Notes: a model not told the origin generated them from the letters alone. 64,000 bases of DNA from Armatimonadota bacterium (GCA_020060775.1 JAGUZN010000220.1:984-64983), one strand, 5' to 3'. Counted from the first letter of the stretch, positions 1-8,927 are shown. Numbers and translations are program-made.

Positions 1-2
1 AC

Positions 3-101
3 CAGGTAAGTCAGGTCGTAACCGAGTTCCAACGCTTCCTTGAGGGGCAACTCACAACAGATGACCCGGATGCATTGCCGGTGCTGCAGATCGAGAGGTA
101 A
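3..101 (+). CDS. 3' end of an upstream gene cut by the window edge (product unknown)
   Basis: Frame is open from the window edge (..QRFLEGQLTTDDPDALPVLQIER*) to TAA 99-101, 5 nt before the next ATG. No motif recognised. Confidence 0.3.
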   Translation, partial: QVSQVVTEFQRFLEGQLTTDDPDALPVLQIER

Positions 102-106
102 CTCGG

Positions 107-3016
107 ATGATTCAAGCCTGGGTCTTTTCAAAACTGGAACCAGTCAAAGATGACCCGATGGTGGTCGTGCGTGACCCGTTGGGATTGACGGAAGGCATGG
201 AGAACGCATTACATGCCTGGGGTAAAACACACACCTACGCTGTGATCCCTTGTGCGACTAACCTGCTCTTCCGATATAAATATGAAGAAGCACGGGCGGA
301 TGAAACCATTAAGAAAATACTCATCCTTGATCGTACTCCTTTGAGTCGGCGCACACGTCCTGATTATCATCGAGCAGCGGCGCCGTTCTATCCAGATATA
401 TTGGCGCAAACGCGCCCCGAGGCGTGTATCGAACTGGATCTGCGGCAGTTCTTGCGTGAACAAACAAACGATGCGTATTGGCCACAGGAAGTGAATGAGC
501 CACGCCTGGCCCGCCTGCTCATGAAATATCTCGATGGAGCTCTGCGTGCCCATGAGAATCTACGGGCGGCAAGCCCTGATCGTTTCACCGACCAGGATTT
601 AAAAACGATCATCGCTTTTGCGGCTCTCGGTGTACCGGAAGCTGCTTTTAAGAATCTTTCCGCCAGTGAGTATTGGAAGATCGGTCTGCGTGGTCATCAT
701 GAATTGCGCGGGTTGGAGCAGCTCATGCCTGAGATCACCGAGACGATCACCGGCAAACTGAAGAAGGCACCAGCCCCGTTCTGTTGGCTTGCTGATAAAT
801 ATGACCCAGACACGGTGATCCGGGCTTTTTACCTTTCCGTTGTGTTGGCACAGCATGTGACGCACTGGCAAACGCTGCCGGCGAATGTTGATCCGATCTT
901 TGGGCGTATGGGCGGCATCGCCCCCGAGACCTTGCAGGATGCTGCCCCCAAGCTGGTGAGCCTTGATCCGGCACGAGCGCAAAGCGACATTCGCGCGATG
1001 GAAGATAAGTTGACCGTTAAGAATTTGCATTTTCTGCTACTCGAACAGATGCAAATTGAGGCACGGTTCGCTGAGGTGATCGAGAAAGAGCAATACTCGG
1101 AATTATTCCGTTCCCTCTCGCTCATTCTCGCCCTTGATAATCTCTGCTCAACACACCCGACCCAGGAAGCGCAAAAGCGGGTGAGTGAGGCGTTACTGGC
1201 TAAACGTTCACAACGCGCGCTGGTTGACCTTCGCCCTTCAGCGACCTGGAAAATATTACGACAGGCATATCTCCGTGCCGTACGACTTCTCGCCTTGCGT
1301 GGGCAACTTGGCAAATTCGTCAAGGAGCTTGACCAATTGCCGGAAACTACGCAGGTGCTCTATCTGGCGCCCGGTCAAGAAAAAACCGTTGCCTTTCATG
1401 TGAAGCCGGATATTTCACTAGCCACCAATAGTGAGAGAGCTTCAGGGGAGATGCCATGGGCACTTCGGGTGTGCCCGGTATGTTATGAGCGTGGCTTAAT
1501 AGAAGAAATTAGTACGCGATCTGAAAAATTCGGATCGATCCCCGTCTTGGTTAGTTACATATGCGAAAACGGTTGCCAACCACAGAGTGGCGAACGCCTA
1601 CACAACGATCCAGATGACAAAAAGAGAGAGTATTTTAAGAAATATGATGTCGGTAAATTGGCCGAGATAGAAGAAATGGAAATACCATATTGGTATCCGA
1701 GAAATCGCATGATGAATGCCCCTGAAGATCAGGAATGTTGGGGAGTAAAATGGCGCGCTGGAACTAGTAACTTTCGAACTGTCGACGAGTTGTTTACAAA
1801 ACGAAATTTGTGGGCTCTCGCTGTACTCTTCAATGCAGCTTCTCAAGAGCAGACCAGCGATGTGCTTAGGTTTAGACTGGAAGCCATTTTACTAAATTTG
1901 TCTCGTATGCAAGGTAACACTACTGATCCTCGCTTCCCCAATAACATTATTCGAGGGACTTATTATACACCTCAAATTATGCGTGAATACTCAGTTTTGC
2001 CGTGGTATGCCGGTAAGATACGAAATCTAATTGATGGTTATTCTAAATTATACCCTTCATACCAGGGCTTTGGAGAGGTTTGCATTTCTACACAATCTGC
2101 ATGTTCAATGGATGCCATTCCAGATAATTCACTTGATTACATATTCACTGATCCACCGTATGGGGACAAGGTTCAGTATGGAGAACTCAACTTTGTATGG
2201 GAATCATGGATGGGGTGGAATACACTTTGGCATGATGATGAGATCATAATTAATGACGTCCGGGGCAAGACCGAGCTTGATTGGTCTGAAATGATGGAGT
2301 GTGTAATTAAGGAGTGTTACAGAGTCTTAAAGCCTGGTAGATGGCTCACTTTATGCTATCACGACACTTCGGAGGGAACTTGGGCACTTGTCCAGGACCT
2401 GATGAAAAACGCTGGTTTTATAGTGGACGTTTCAGGCAGTACTCTATTTATCGAGACAGAGCAGAAATCGTTCAACCAGCTTACGGCTGATATCGAAGAA
2501 ATGTTCTTTATGGCGCACCGCATCTCAGCGCTAACACACCGGCATCCCAGGAGCCAGATGGCATGCGGTCTCTACTGCATAATGGCAAAAGGCTTGCTGT
2601 ATGGATTGACGCCCGGAGAGGCCTACCGGTTTATGGTCGAACAGGGGCATCGGTGCTACAACGTCACCCCGTTTCAGCAGGAGATGTCCCATTTCGCGCG
2701 CATCCTCTCTGGCGAACTAATCGGTATGCCTATTAACGAGATTGCCTCCAGCGGCTATGTCATACATACGCTGGAGGCCAGTCTGTGGTGCCTGCTCACA
2801 ACAGGCTCATTCGAGGATGCTGTATTGACGGCGGTGAACCTGGGCGACGATACCGATACGACGGGATGCGTTGCCGGCGGGCTTGCTGGCGTGAGTTACG
2901 GAGATCATGCAATTAATGCTACCTGGTTATCAGTTATTGTCCGGTCATCTGATATGCGAGCGCTGTCGCAGCACTTTCTGGCAGTGATACCGCAAGAGAT
3001 CGGTATAGGAGTGTAG
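107..3016 (+). CDS. Mosaic 969-aa protein: unassigned N-terminal region, then a Zn-ribbon/DPPY DNA-methyltransferase module, then the C-terminal half of an ADP-ribosylglycohydrolase
   Basis: Cys ribbon at CPVC (aa 456-459) and CENGC (aa 486-490). Motif IV LDYIFTDPPYGDKVQYGELNFVW has DPPY at aa 682-685, as in N6A/N4C methylases, but I see no FxGxG/DPFxGSG motif I. From aa ~803 (nt ~2510) the sequence becomes ARH-like (ALTHRHP, GDDTDTTGCVAGGLAG). GC falls at ~1400-2490 and rises again after. Confidence 0.6.
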   Translation: MIQAWVFSKLEPVKDDPMVVVRDPLGLTEGMENALHAWGKTHTYAVIPCATNLLFRYKYEEARADETIKKILILDRTPLSRRTRPDYHRAAAPFYPDILAQTRPEACIELDLRQFLREQTNDAYWPQEVNEPRLARLLMKYLDGALRAHENLRAASPDRFTDQDLKTIIAFAALGVPEAAFKNLSASEYWKIGLRGHHELRGLEQLMPEITETITGKLKKAPAPFCWLADKYDPDTVIRAFYLSVVLAQHVTHWQTLPANVDPIFGRMGGIAPETLQDAAPKLVSLDPARAQSDIRAMEDKLTVKNLHFLLLEQMQIEARFAEVIEKEQYSELFRSLSLILALDNLCSTHPTQEAQKRVSEALLAKRSQRALVDLRPSATWKILRQAYLRAVRLLALRGQLGKFVKELDQLPETTQVLYLAPGQEKTVAFHVKPDISLATNSERASGEMPWALRVCPVCYERGLIEEISTRSEKFGSIPVLVSYICENGCQPQSGERLHNDPDDKKREYFKKYDVGKLAEIEEMEIPYWYPRNRMMNAPEDQECWGVKWRAGTSNFRTVDELFTKRNLWALAVLFNAASQEQTSDVLRFRLEAILLNLSRMQGNTTDPRFPNNIIRGTYYTPQIMREYSVLPWYAGKIRNLIDGYSKLYPSYQGFGEVCISTQSACSMDAIPDNSLDYIFTDPPYGDKVQYGELNFVWESWMGWNTLWHDDEIIINDVRGKTELDWSEMMECVIKECYRVLKPGRWLTLCYHDTSEGTWALVQDLMKNAGFIVDVSGSTLFIETEQKSFNQLTADIEEMFFMAHRISALTHRHPRSQMACGLYCIMAKGLLYGLTPGEAYRFMVEQGHRCYNVTPFQQEMSHFARILSGELIGMPINEIASSGYVIHTLEASLWCLLTTGSFEDAVLTAVNLGDDTDTTGCVAGGLAGVSYGDHAINATWLSVIVRSSDMRALSQHFLAVIPQEIGIGV

Positions 3017-3314
3017 GTCTGCCTCCGTTGATGTGGAACACTCATCGCTCTTATAGCGACAGCTTGCCCTTATTTATCCGTAGGGGGACGTCAATATCAA
3101 TTACTCGCGCTCGAAGACACTGCTCTGCATATGGTTGAAGATAGGCACGAATCGGTCATTTAGCTAATCCGACAGGCACTATAAACGACGTATCCATTGA
3201 TATTGCGGAGTCTCACGAAATCATTGCTGGTTTTGGACCTTAGGCGTATACTTGCTCTGTTGGGCAAGTAGCGTTTGGGTGCAAGCCATAGTAATCGGCT
3301 AATGGCGCTATTCT

Positions 3315-4388
3315 TTGAAAGGCGTGGAGCAGACCGTGGCAAAGTTGTTCATGAACGGCCTACAGCTAATTCTATCTTCCGATAGCTTCACTGCATACGA
3401 GGCAGAAATGCCCGAAGATGGTAGCTTGCGGAAACTGCGCGACCGATATGGCGACGGGTGGTTTTTCCATCGTCAAGGTAATAAGGTATATGGTTTTCCA
3501 CAAGTCGATCGTCCTACCATCCCATTTGGCACGTCCGTAGCATTAAAATGCCAAGAAAACCTTTCTATGCTAGCTGCGGTAGTCGGTGATATTATAGGAC
3601 GACGTCGATTCGGAGGCCAGGTATTATTCCGTCATCGTGGTGCGGAGTTCATCAGTAGTACAAAGGAACTCATCAGTGATGTCGCCAAACAAATGCCGGA
3701 TCTTCCCGACATAGTCAAGTTATTCAAAGCTTATCCACGTTTTACTTTAGAGGCAAAAGTCCTTGAGCTACGCGATGGCGATGGTGGGATCGGGTTATTC
3801 GTTACGTTGGGAAGCAGGTGGCGTATCGAAGCACCTCTCCACGATCTGTTGAGTAAAGGTATTGACCTTCAAGGTATGTACGTCGTTCGAAGGTATCCCG
3901 AGAAAGGCCAGCGGAGGCTTGTTGGTAGAATCTCCTGCATTGATAAAGGAACCGTCAAATTGCTAGAGTCATTCGACGGTACGGCTGAGATTGCGTGCGA
4001 CGACGTGTGGCTTGAAGGGAATAGAGAAAATTTTGCCTATTGCTTGAAGCACTTACTGAAGGCGCGTTACCTATCATTTGAGACTAAGCGTAGGGAAATA
4101 GAAGACCAGTTATTGTCGGGGCCTAAATTTCAGACAACGATACAAAGCATTGCACAGTCATTTACAAATAAGCCTCCCATGCAACTCACTCCTGATCTCC
4201 AGTGCATTGTTGGCGATATGATTTCCGTGAAAAATTTCGGCGGATACTGCACTGTGCGTGCCGCTTCTCCAGTGCAATGTTGCTATGATGCTGCACGGAC
4301 GCAACGGATGGAGTATCCCTGGAAAGGGATCGAAAATTTGGTCCGTTTAGTCGTGACACCTTTACAAGAAAATCACCGACGATACTAG
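3315..4388 (+). CDS. Prokaryotic Argonaute, N-terminal half (N/L1/PAZ-like/L2 region), separated from MID-PIWI by a frame change
   Basis: 357-aa ORF ends 2 nt before the MID-PIWI ORF and lies in another frame. Its length fits the N-terminal half of a long pAgo. No motif is readable by eye. Start is uncertain (TTG 3315 or ATG 3351). Confidence 0.55.
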   Translation: MKGVEQTVAKLFMNGLQLILSSDSFTAYEAEMPEDGSLRKLRDRYGDGWFFHRQGNKVYGFPQVDRPTIPFGTSVALKCQENLSMLAAVVGDIIGRRRFGGQVLFRHRGAEFISSTKELISDVAKQMPDLPDIVKLFKAYPRFTLEAKVLELRDGDGGIGLFVTLGSRWRIEAPLHDLLSKGIDLQGMYVVRRYPEKGQRRLVGRISCIDKGTVKLLESFDGTAEIACDDVWLEGNRENFAYCLKHLLKARYLSFETKRREIEDQLLSGPKFQTTIQSIAQSFTNKPPMQLTPDLQCIVGDMISVKNFGGYCTVRAASPVQCCYDAARTQRMEYPWKGIENLVRLVVTPLQENHRRY

Positions 4389-4390
4389 TT

Positions 4391-5605
4391 GTGTTCCCCG
4401 ATAGTGAACAAGGACCTGTTGAACGATTCCTTCGTTCGTTTCGCGACGGGATATCGTCGTCAGCCTTTGCATCTGGCTTTGTCAGGAACTTTTCTCTCGT
4501 CAACTTAAAGATTGAAAAGGTGCGAGTACCCTGGCTGGGGAAAGGGAGTCAGGCTCCTGCGCAAGCGTATAGAAAGGCGATAGATGATTACTTGGCATCC
4601 GCAGATTCGGTGCCAGATGCTGGGATCGTCATTCTCCTAGACGAACATGCCAAACTTCCCGATGCGGTAAACCCGTATCTACATGCTAAATCATCATTGC
4701 TCACGGCAGGTGTCCCGGTCCAGGAACTACGGGTGCCGACTATCAAGCAAGCTGACACATCGCTTTCCTATACCCTGCGTAACATCGCTCTCGCTCTGTA
4801 TGCAAAAATGGGGGGAACCCCATGGACAGTCGACCAGGATATGACGATCAGCGATGAACTGGTGATTGGCATGGGGAGCTGCGCACTCGCAGAGAGCCGT
4901 TTTATAGAGCGTGAAAGATATGTTGGCATCACTACCGTCTTTCGAGGAGATGGCAGCTACCTACTGGGGAACATCTCCAAAGAATGTCCGTACCGTGAAT
5001 ATCCGCAAGTTCTGGAGAGCGAAACTATATCTGTATTGAATGAAATCAAATATCGGAACGGTTGGCGTCCCGGTGATACCGTGCGGATCATATTTCACAC
5101 CTACAAACCATTAAAAAATATCGAGGTAGAAGCGATTGCTGCCAAGTGTGTGCAAGCTATCAGCGGTGAGCAGAATATCGAGTTTGCATTCCTCACGATT
5201 TCTCATGATCACCCTTTTAGACTTTTTGATATCGACCAGCAAGGTATCAAGGGTACGAAAGGCATCTATGTTCCCCAGAGGGGAATTATTATGCAGCTTG
5301 GACGATACACTAGGTTGCTTTGTACAACAGGACCAGAGTTAGTCAAACGTGAAGGATTGCCTTTGCCAGCACCTCTGCTTGTTCATCTGCATCCTGCATC
5401 AACCTACCGTTCATTAGATTACCTAGCTGAACAAGTATTGAAATTTACTGCGCTCTCGTGGCGTTCGACATTGCCTGCGCCGAAACCAGTAACAATCTTT
5501 TACTCTGACCTGATTGCGCAATTCCTGGGTCGCTTACAGCGTATTCCTGATTGGTCTCCGGCAACTCTAAACGCAAAATTACGTGCGAGTCGGTGGTTTC
5601 TATGA
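4391..5605 (+). CDS. Prokaryotic Argonaute MID-PIWI half, predicted catalytically inactive
   Basis: MID-like ILVVFPD strand and NPYLHAKSSLL..VPVQEL (Y-x3-K..Q 5'-end pocket). PIWI hallmarks LRNIALALYAKMGGTPWTV and PVTIFYSDLIAQ. The positions expected for DEDX aspartates read VIGMG and IIFHTYK. This frame is already open from 4289. Confidence 0.8.
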   Translation: MFPDSEQGPVERFLRSFRDGISSSAFASGFVRNFSLVNLKIEKVRVPWLGKGSQAPAQAYRKAIDDYLASADSVPDAGIVILLDEHAKLPDAVNPYLHAKSSLLTAGVPVQELRVPTIKQADTSLSYTLRNIALALYAKMGGTPWTVDQDMTISDELVIGMGSCALAESRFIERERYVGITTVFRGDGSYLLGNISKECPYREYPQVLESETISVLNEIKYRNGWRPGDTVRIIFHTYKPLKNIEVEAIAAKCVQAISGEQNIEFAFLTISHDHPFRLFDIDQQGIKGTKGIYVPQRGIIMQLGRYTRLLCTTGPELVKREGLPLPAPLLVHLHPASTYRSLDYLAEQVLKFTALSWRSTLPAPKPVTIFYSDLIAQFLGRLQRIPDWSPATLNAKLRASRWFL

Positions 5606-6843
5606 CGACGTATTTGTCAGGAGTATATGCTCAGCAACTTAGTACCCTAGCGACACATATCGCTGATGATGCAGTGTGGCCATCTCCGTACGCCGGGTTT
5701 CTTTACTATCTGTGTAACAAATACGATCAGCAGTTTCTGGCACCTTTGATTAACCCTTCACCGCCATGTGTTGAGCTCGGGCGGCTTTACGAGGCACCGA
5801 TTCTTGCATCAGCAGGATATTTATTCGCGCTTAACCATCCTGTAGTTCGTGCAAGTTCCGAAGCTTGGCATATTGGGTTTCAACGGCTTGCTGGGCGCGA
5901 TCCCTTCCCAATTGACCGCCAGTCATTCGTATATCGTCCAATAGAACTGCTTGGTATTACACTTGGAGTGAAGCACTGCCCTAATACTACGCAGGCAGAG
6001 ATTGATTGGCTTATAAATGTGCTACAGAGTGCTGAAAGCCGGCTGAAGAGTGCGTCCTGTTGGCAGTACCTGCTTGGTATGTATGCTTCACGACTACTGG
6101 GTAATTCCTGGGCAAAGCGTTCCTGGGATATTGGGCAATTCCCTGTGGATGACTTGAGCATCGTGGTATGGCTGTGCGCCAATACTCCTGATTTAGCGTT
6201 TGAATTCGGTGTAGACCAATTATACAAGCAAGCAGAGGAATCATTACTGACCCAGTGTGCAAAAACGGAGGTTACCATCCCAGATCCCGCACGTGCTGCA
6301 ATACTCTACTCTAGTCTTGACCGAGCTGTGAGCCGGAGTATTGAATCAGAGCACGAGCGCAATTGGCAAATAGGCCGTGATCAAGCCGATGCCCTCTCAA
6401 TCGTTATCACGTTATGCCGTAGATTTGATTTGTGTGTAAGGCAACTCCAACGTAGGCAGCGAAGTCGCAATCCTTTCACTGTACAAGATGAGTATGATGT
6501 CCAAGACCTGATGCATGCTTTGTTGAAGTTACACTTTGATGATGTTCGTCCCGAGGAGTGGACACCGTCATATGCTGGCAACGCATCACGCGTCGATTTT
6601 TTGCTTAAACGAGAGATGATCGTTGTTGAGGTAAAGATGACTCGCGATAGCCTAGCTCAACGTGAGCTAGCGGACCAATTAATTATTGATAAAGAGCGGT
6701 ATCGATCACATTCTGACTGCCGTATACTGGTGTGTTTTGTTTATGATCCGGAGCATCGCTGCACGAACCCGGCAGCATTGGAGAATGACCTCAGCGAGCA
6801 GATCGGTCTATTTAGGGTTGAAGCAATCGTCTCACCTGCGTAG
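5602..6843 (+). CDS. pAgo-associated protein with a C-terminal PD-(D/E)xK nuclease-like domain
   Basis: Its ATG overlaps the pAgo stop (ATGA at 5602-5605). The C-terminal ~110 aa read DEYDVQDLMH..RVDFLLKREMIVVEVKMTR, giving an E..D..E-x-K core. The N-terminal ~300 aa are unassigned. Confidence 0.65.
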   Translation: MTTYLSGVYAQQLSTLATHIADDAVWPSPYAGFLYYLCNKYDQQFLAPLINPSPPCVELGRLYEAPILASAGYLFALNHPVVRASSEAWHIGFQRLAGRDPFPIDRQSFVYRPIELLGITLGVKHCPNTTQAEIDWLINVLQSAESRLKSASCWQYLLGMYASRLLGNSWAKRSWDIGQFPVDDLSIVVWLCANTPDLAFEFGVDQLYKQAEESLLTQCAKTEVTIPDPARAAILYSSLDRAVSRSIESEHERNWQIGRDQADALSIVITLCRRFDLCVRQLQRRQRSRNPFTVQDEYDVQDLMHALLKLHFDDVRPEEWTPSYAGNASRVDFLLKREMIVVEVKMTRDSLAQRELADQLIIDKERYRSHSDCRILVCFVYDPEHRCTNPAALENDLSEQIGLFRVEAIVSPA

Positions 6844-7290
6844 GTCTGCGGAGCAATGTTATGCAAATGCAATTCGTCGTACATCCGAGAACGTATGAGA
6901 TCAACGGCTATTTCTTTCAAGTGCTGTCATGTTGCGCGTTGACTGATGGGCAGGCAGCTAATGCTGCCATGCATTTTTATCAAACACATAAGCTAAAGAA
7001 GAAAGACAAAGGAAAATTAATTAAAGTCATAACGAGCCCTGATACGGATACTGCAGGAATCTTTGGGTAGCACGGCTACCTATGACTACAGATACGCCAA
7101 CCTAAGTTATGCAACGTGATCTGAAGGAAGCATTCAGCAGTATTACCAGGTTACTCCTACATGAGCGTGAGGAGTATTCATTAGGTCGGTCCAAAGACCG
7201 TGCTGATATTTTAAGCGCAGGGTCTCCAATTCCCTCATGGCAGCCCCTGCGACCATTACCTATGTGGATGGTCCTTCACTTATTTGATAC

Positions 7291-8298
7291 TTACAGATCA
7301 AGCAATGATGCCGAATTCTCTTGAAACAACACCCCCATGCGGATATACCGCTGCACCATCACATTCGACCGATGACCGGTCTGCTGCATGATAGATCGCT
7401 CGTTTGCACCTGCACGGGCGGCGGCGGTGCAGTGGCCGGCGCGCAGGGAGTGACCGCTGTAGCGTTTCGGATCAAGGCCGATCTCTTTCACCATCTTCTT
7501 GATGAGATTGGCGACGGCACGATCCGATAAGCGCTCACTGCAGAGTTTGTCATGACGGTTGATGCCGCGGAAGAGGGCGCCGCCGGTAATCCCGCTGGAT
7601 TCCAGCCAGGATTTCAAGGCACGCACTGGACAGGTTTCTTCATGAGTGCCAAATGGTATGGCGACCCAACGCCCTTCACCTTCTTGATCTGTTTTTGATC
7701 GGCGGAGGCAGATAACGACTCCTTCCTCCCTGAAGGTCAGGTCGGCGACATCAAAGGCGACCAACTCGGAGCGCCGGAAGGCGCCAGCGTATCCCAGGAG
7801 TAGCAGTGCGCGGTCCCGCCGGCCTTTCAATGTCTCTGGTAATACCGCCATGATGCGTCTCATGTCATCGGTCATCAAGGCATCGACCTGGCGGGCGGTG
7901 ACGCCGATCCGCCGGCGAATGCCGCGCATGACGGCCCGCACGGCGGCGTGTTGGGTGGGGGAGGGGTGGCCAGCGTGTTGGTGGATGGCGCTGATGGCGG
8001 CCATATAGCGCGAGAGCGTGCTGTACTTGTGGTCGGTCGTCGCCATCGCCGTCATGTAGCAGGCAATCGTCTCAGGGCTGGCCGGCATCGACGGCAAGTG
8101 GTATTGTTCGCACCAGGCCACGAACTGCTGCCAATCCCGCTCGTAGGCCTCCCGCGTGTGTTGCGAGATACCTTCCTCGATGAACTCCTGGACTTGCTCG
8201 ATCAGTGGAACGAGAAGGGTGTGATCGGGGTGCTGGTTGGCACTGGGCCCGATCCGGGCAGGCAGTGATGCTGGCTGGGTGATGGGAGCCTGATCCAT
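7291..8298 (-). CDS. Tyrosine recombinase / phage-type integrase (XerC/D-like)
   Basis: N-terminal SAM-like domain (TREAYERDWQQFVAWC). C-terminal catalytic signature RRSELVAF..HSLRAGHCT..TGHRSNVMVQRYIR (R..HxxR..H..Y). Confidence 0.85.
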   Translation of the reverse strand: MDQAPITQPASLPARIGPSANQHPDHTLLVPLIEQVQEFIEEGISQHTREAYERDWQQFVAWCEQYHLPSMPASPETIACYMTAMATTDHKYSTLSRYMAAISAIHQHAGHPSPTQHAAVRAVMRGIRRRIGVTARQVDALMTDDMRRIMAVLPETLKGRRDRALLLLGYAGAFRRSELVAFDVADLTFREEGVVICLRRSKTDQEGEGRWVAIPFGTHEETCPVRALKSWLESSGITGGALFRGINRHDKLCSERLSDRAVANLIKKMVKEIGLDPKRYSGHSLRAGHCTAAARAGANERSIMQQTGHRSNVMVQRYIRMGVLFQENSASLLDL

Positions 8299-8301
8299 TA
8301 A

Positions 8302-8519
8302 CTGAGTCTTATCGGAAGCTAGAATAGCTTCGAGCTCAGAATAGAGTCAAGTCGCGCCAGTTCAATCCTAAATGTGTTCCCCCTCGGGCTGTCCCCAGCC
8401 GTCATCCTCTGCATTTTCTACCCGAAATGCCTCTAGGCGAGTACGTTTGGCTACACATTTTGCCCTGGAGGTGCCATGTGTTCACGACAGATCGGTTTCT
8501 AGCTTCCGTTAAGACTCAG
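8302..8519. repeat. 23-bp inverted repeat pair enclosing a 172-bp segment (candidate invertible element or MITE)
   Basis: 8302-8324 is CTGAGTCTTATCGGAAGCTAGAA. The reverse complement of 8497-8519 is CTGAGTCTTAACGGAAGCTAGAA, 22/23 identical. The left repeat begins 4 nt from the recombinase start codon. Confidence 0.7.
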
Positions 8520-8561
8520 ATATGAGCTACAACGTGTCTGGTAACACCGGTAGGGGGCAGG

Positions 8562-8927
8562 GTGCGTAATACGTTACTTTTAGTTGGTGGCGGCGAATTA
8601 TCAACGCTCATCTACAAGCCTGCCCTGGAGGACGCCAATTTTCAGGTAATCCTTACGCCTGATGCACGGGTGGCAGTGCAAATGGTCATACAGTACCATG
8701 CTCAAAGTATTCTCATTGATGATTCGATTCAGCCCAGTCAAGCTGAGGAAATCATCACCAATATCCATCAACTCACCCCAACAGTTAAGAGCATTTTGCT
8801 CTGTGATGGCGATAATATCAGTGATAATGCTCTCCAGTACCTGTTTGATGGCATATATCAGAAAAGCTGGCCATTACCAGTTTTAGTCACACTGGTTCGT
8901 TTTCTTCTGTGTCAGCAGGAGTCCTAA
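8562..8927 (+). CDS. CheY-like receiver-domain protein, probably a pseudo-receiver
   Basis: 121 aa with a GTG start after GGGGGCAGG. REC-like layout LLLVGGG..ILIDDSI..SILLCDG..YQKSWP, but the N-terminal acidic DD pair is replaced by GG. The gene is AT-rich relative to its flanks. Confidence 0.4.
   Translation: MRNTLLLVGGGELSTLIYKPALEDANFQVILTPDARVAVQMVIQYHAQSILIDDSIQPSQAEEIITNIHQLTPTVKSILLCDGDNISDNALQYLFDGIYQKSWPLPVLVTLVRFLLCQQES

Noticed and set aside
6861-7324. Small ORFs 6861-7070 (69 aa) and 7109-7324 (71 aa) between the pAgo-associated nuclease gene and the integrase
   Set aside because: They have no RBS and no recognisable motif, and the second overlaps the integrase 3' end. They could be real small accessory proteins, but nothing in the sequence supports calling them.
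8340-8400. tRNA-like T-loop string (CCAGTTCAATCC) next to the integrase, as a possible tRNA-derived att site
   Set aside because: The flanking bases cannot form a T-stem (only 2 of 5 pairs), and no acceptor or anticodon arm can be drawn. This is not a tRNA or a recognisable tRNA fragment.
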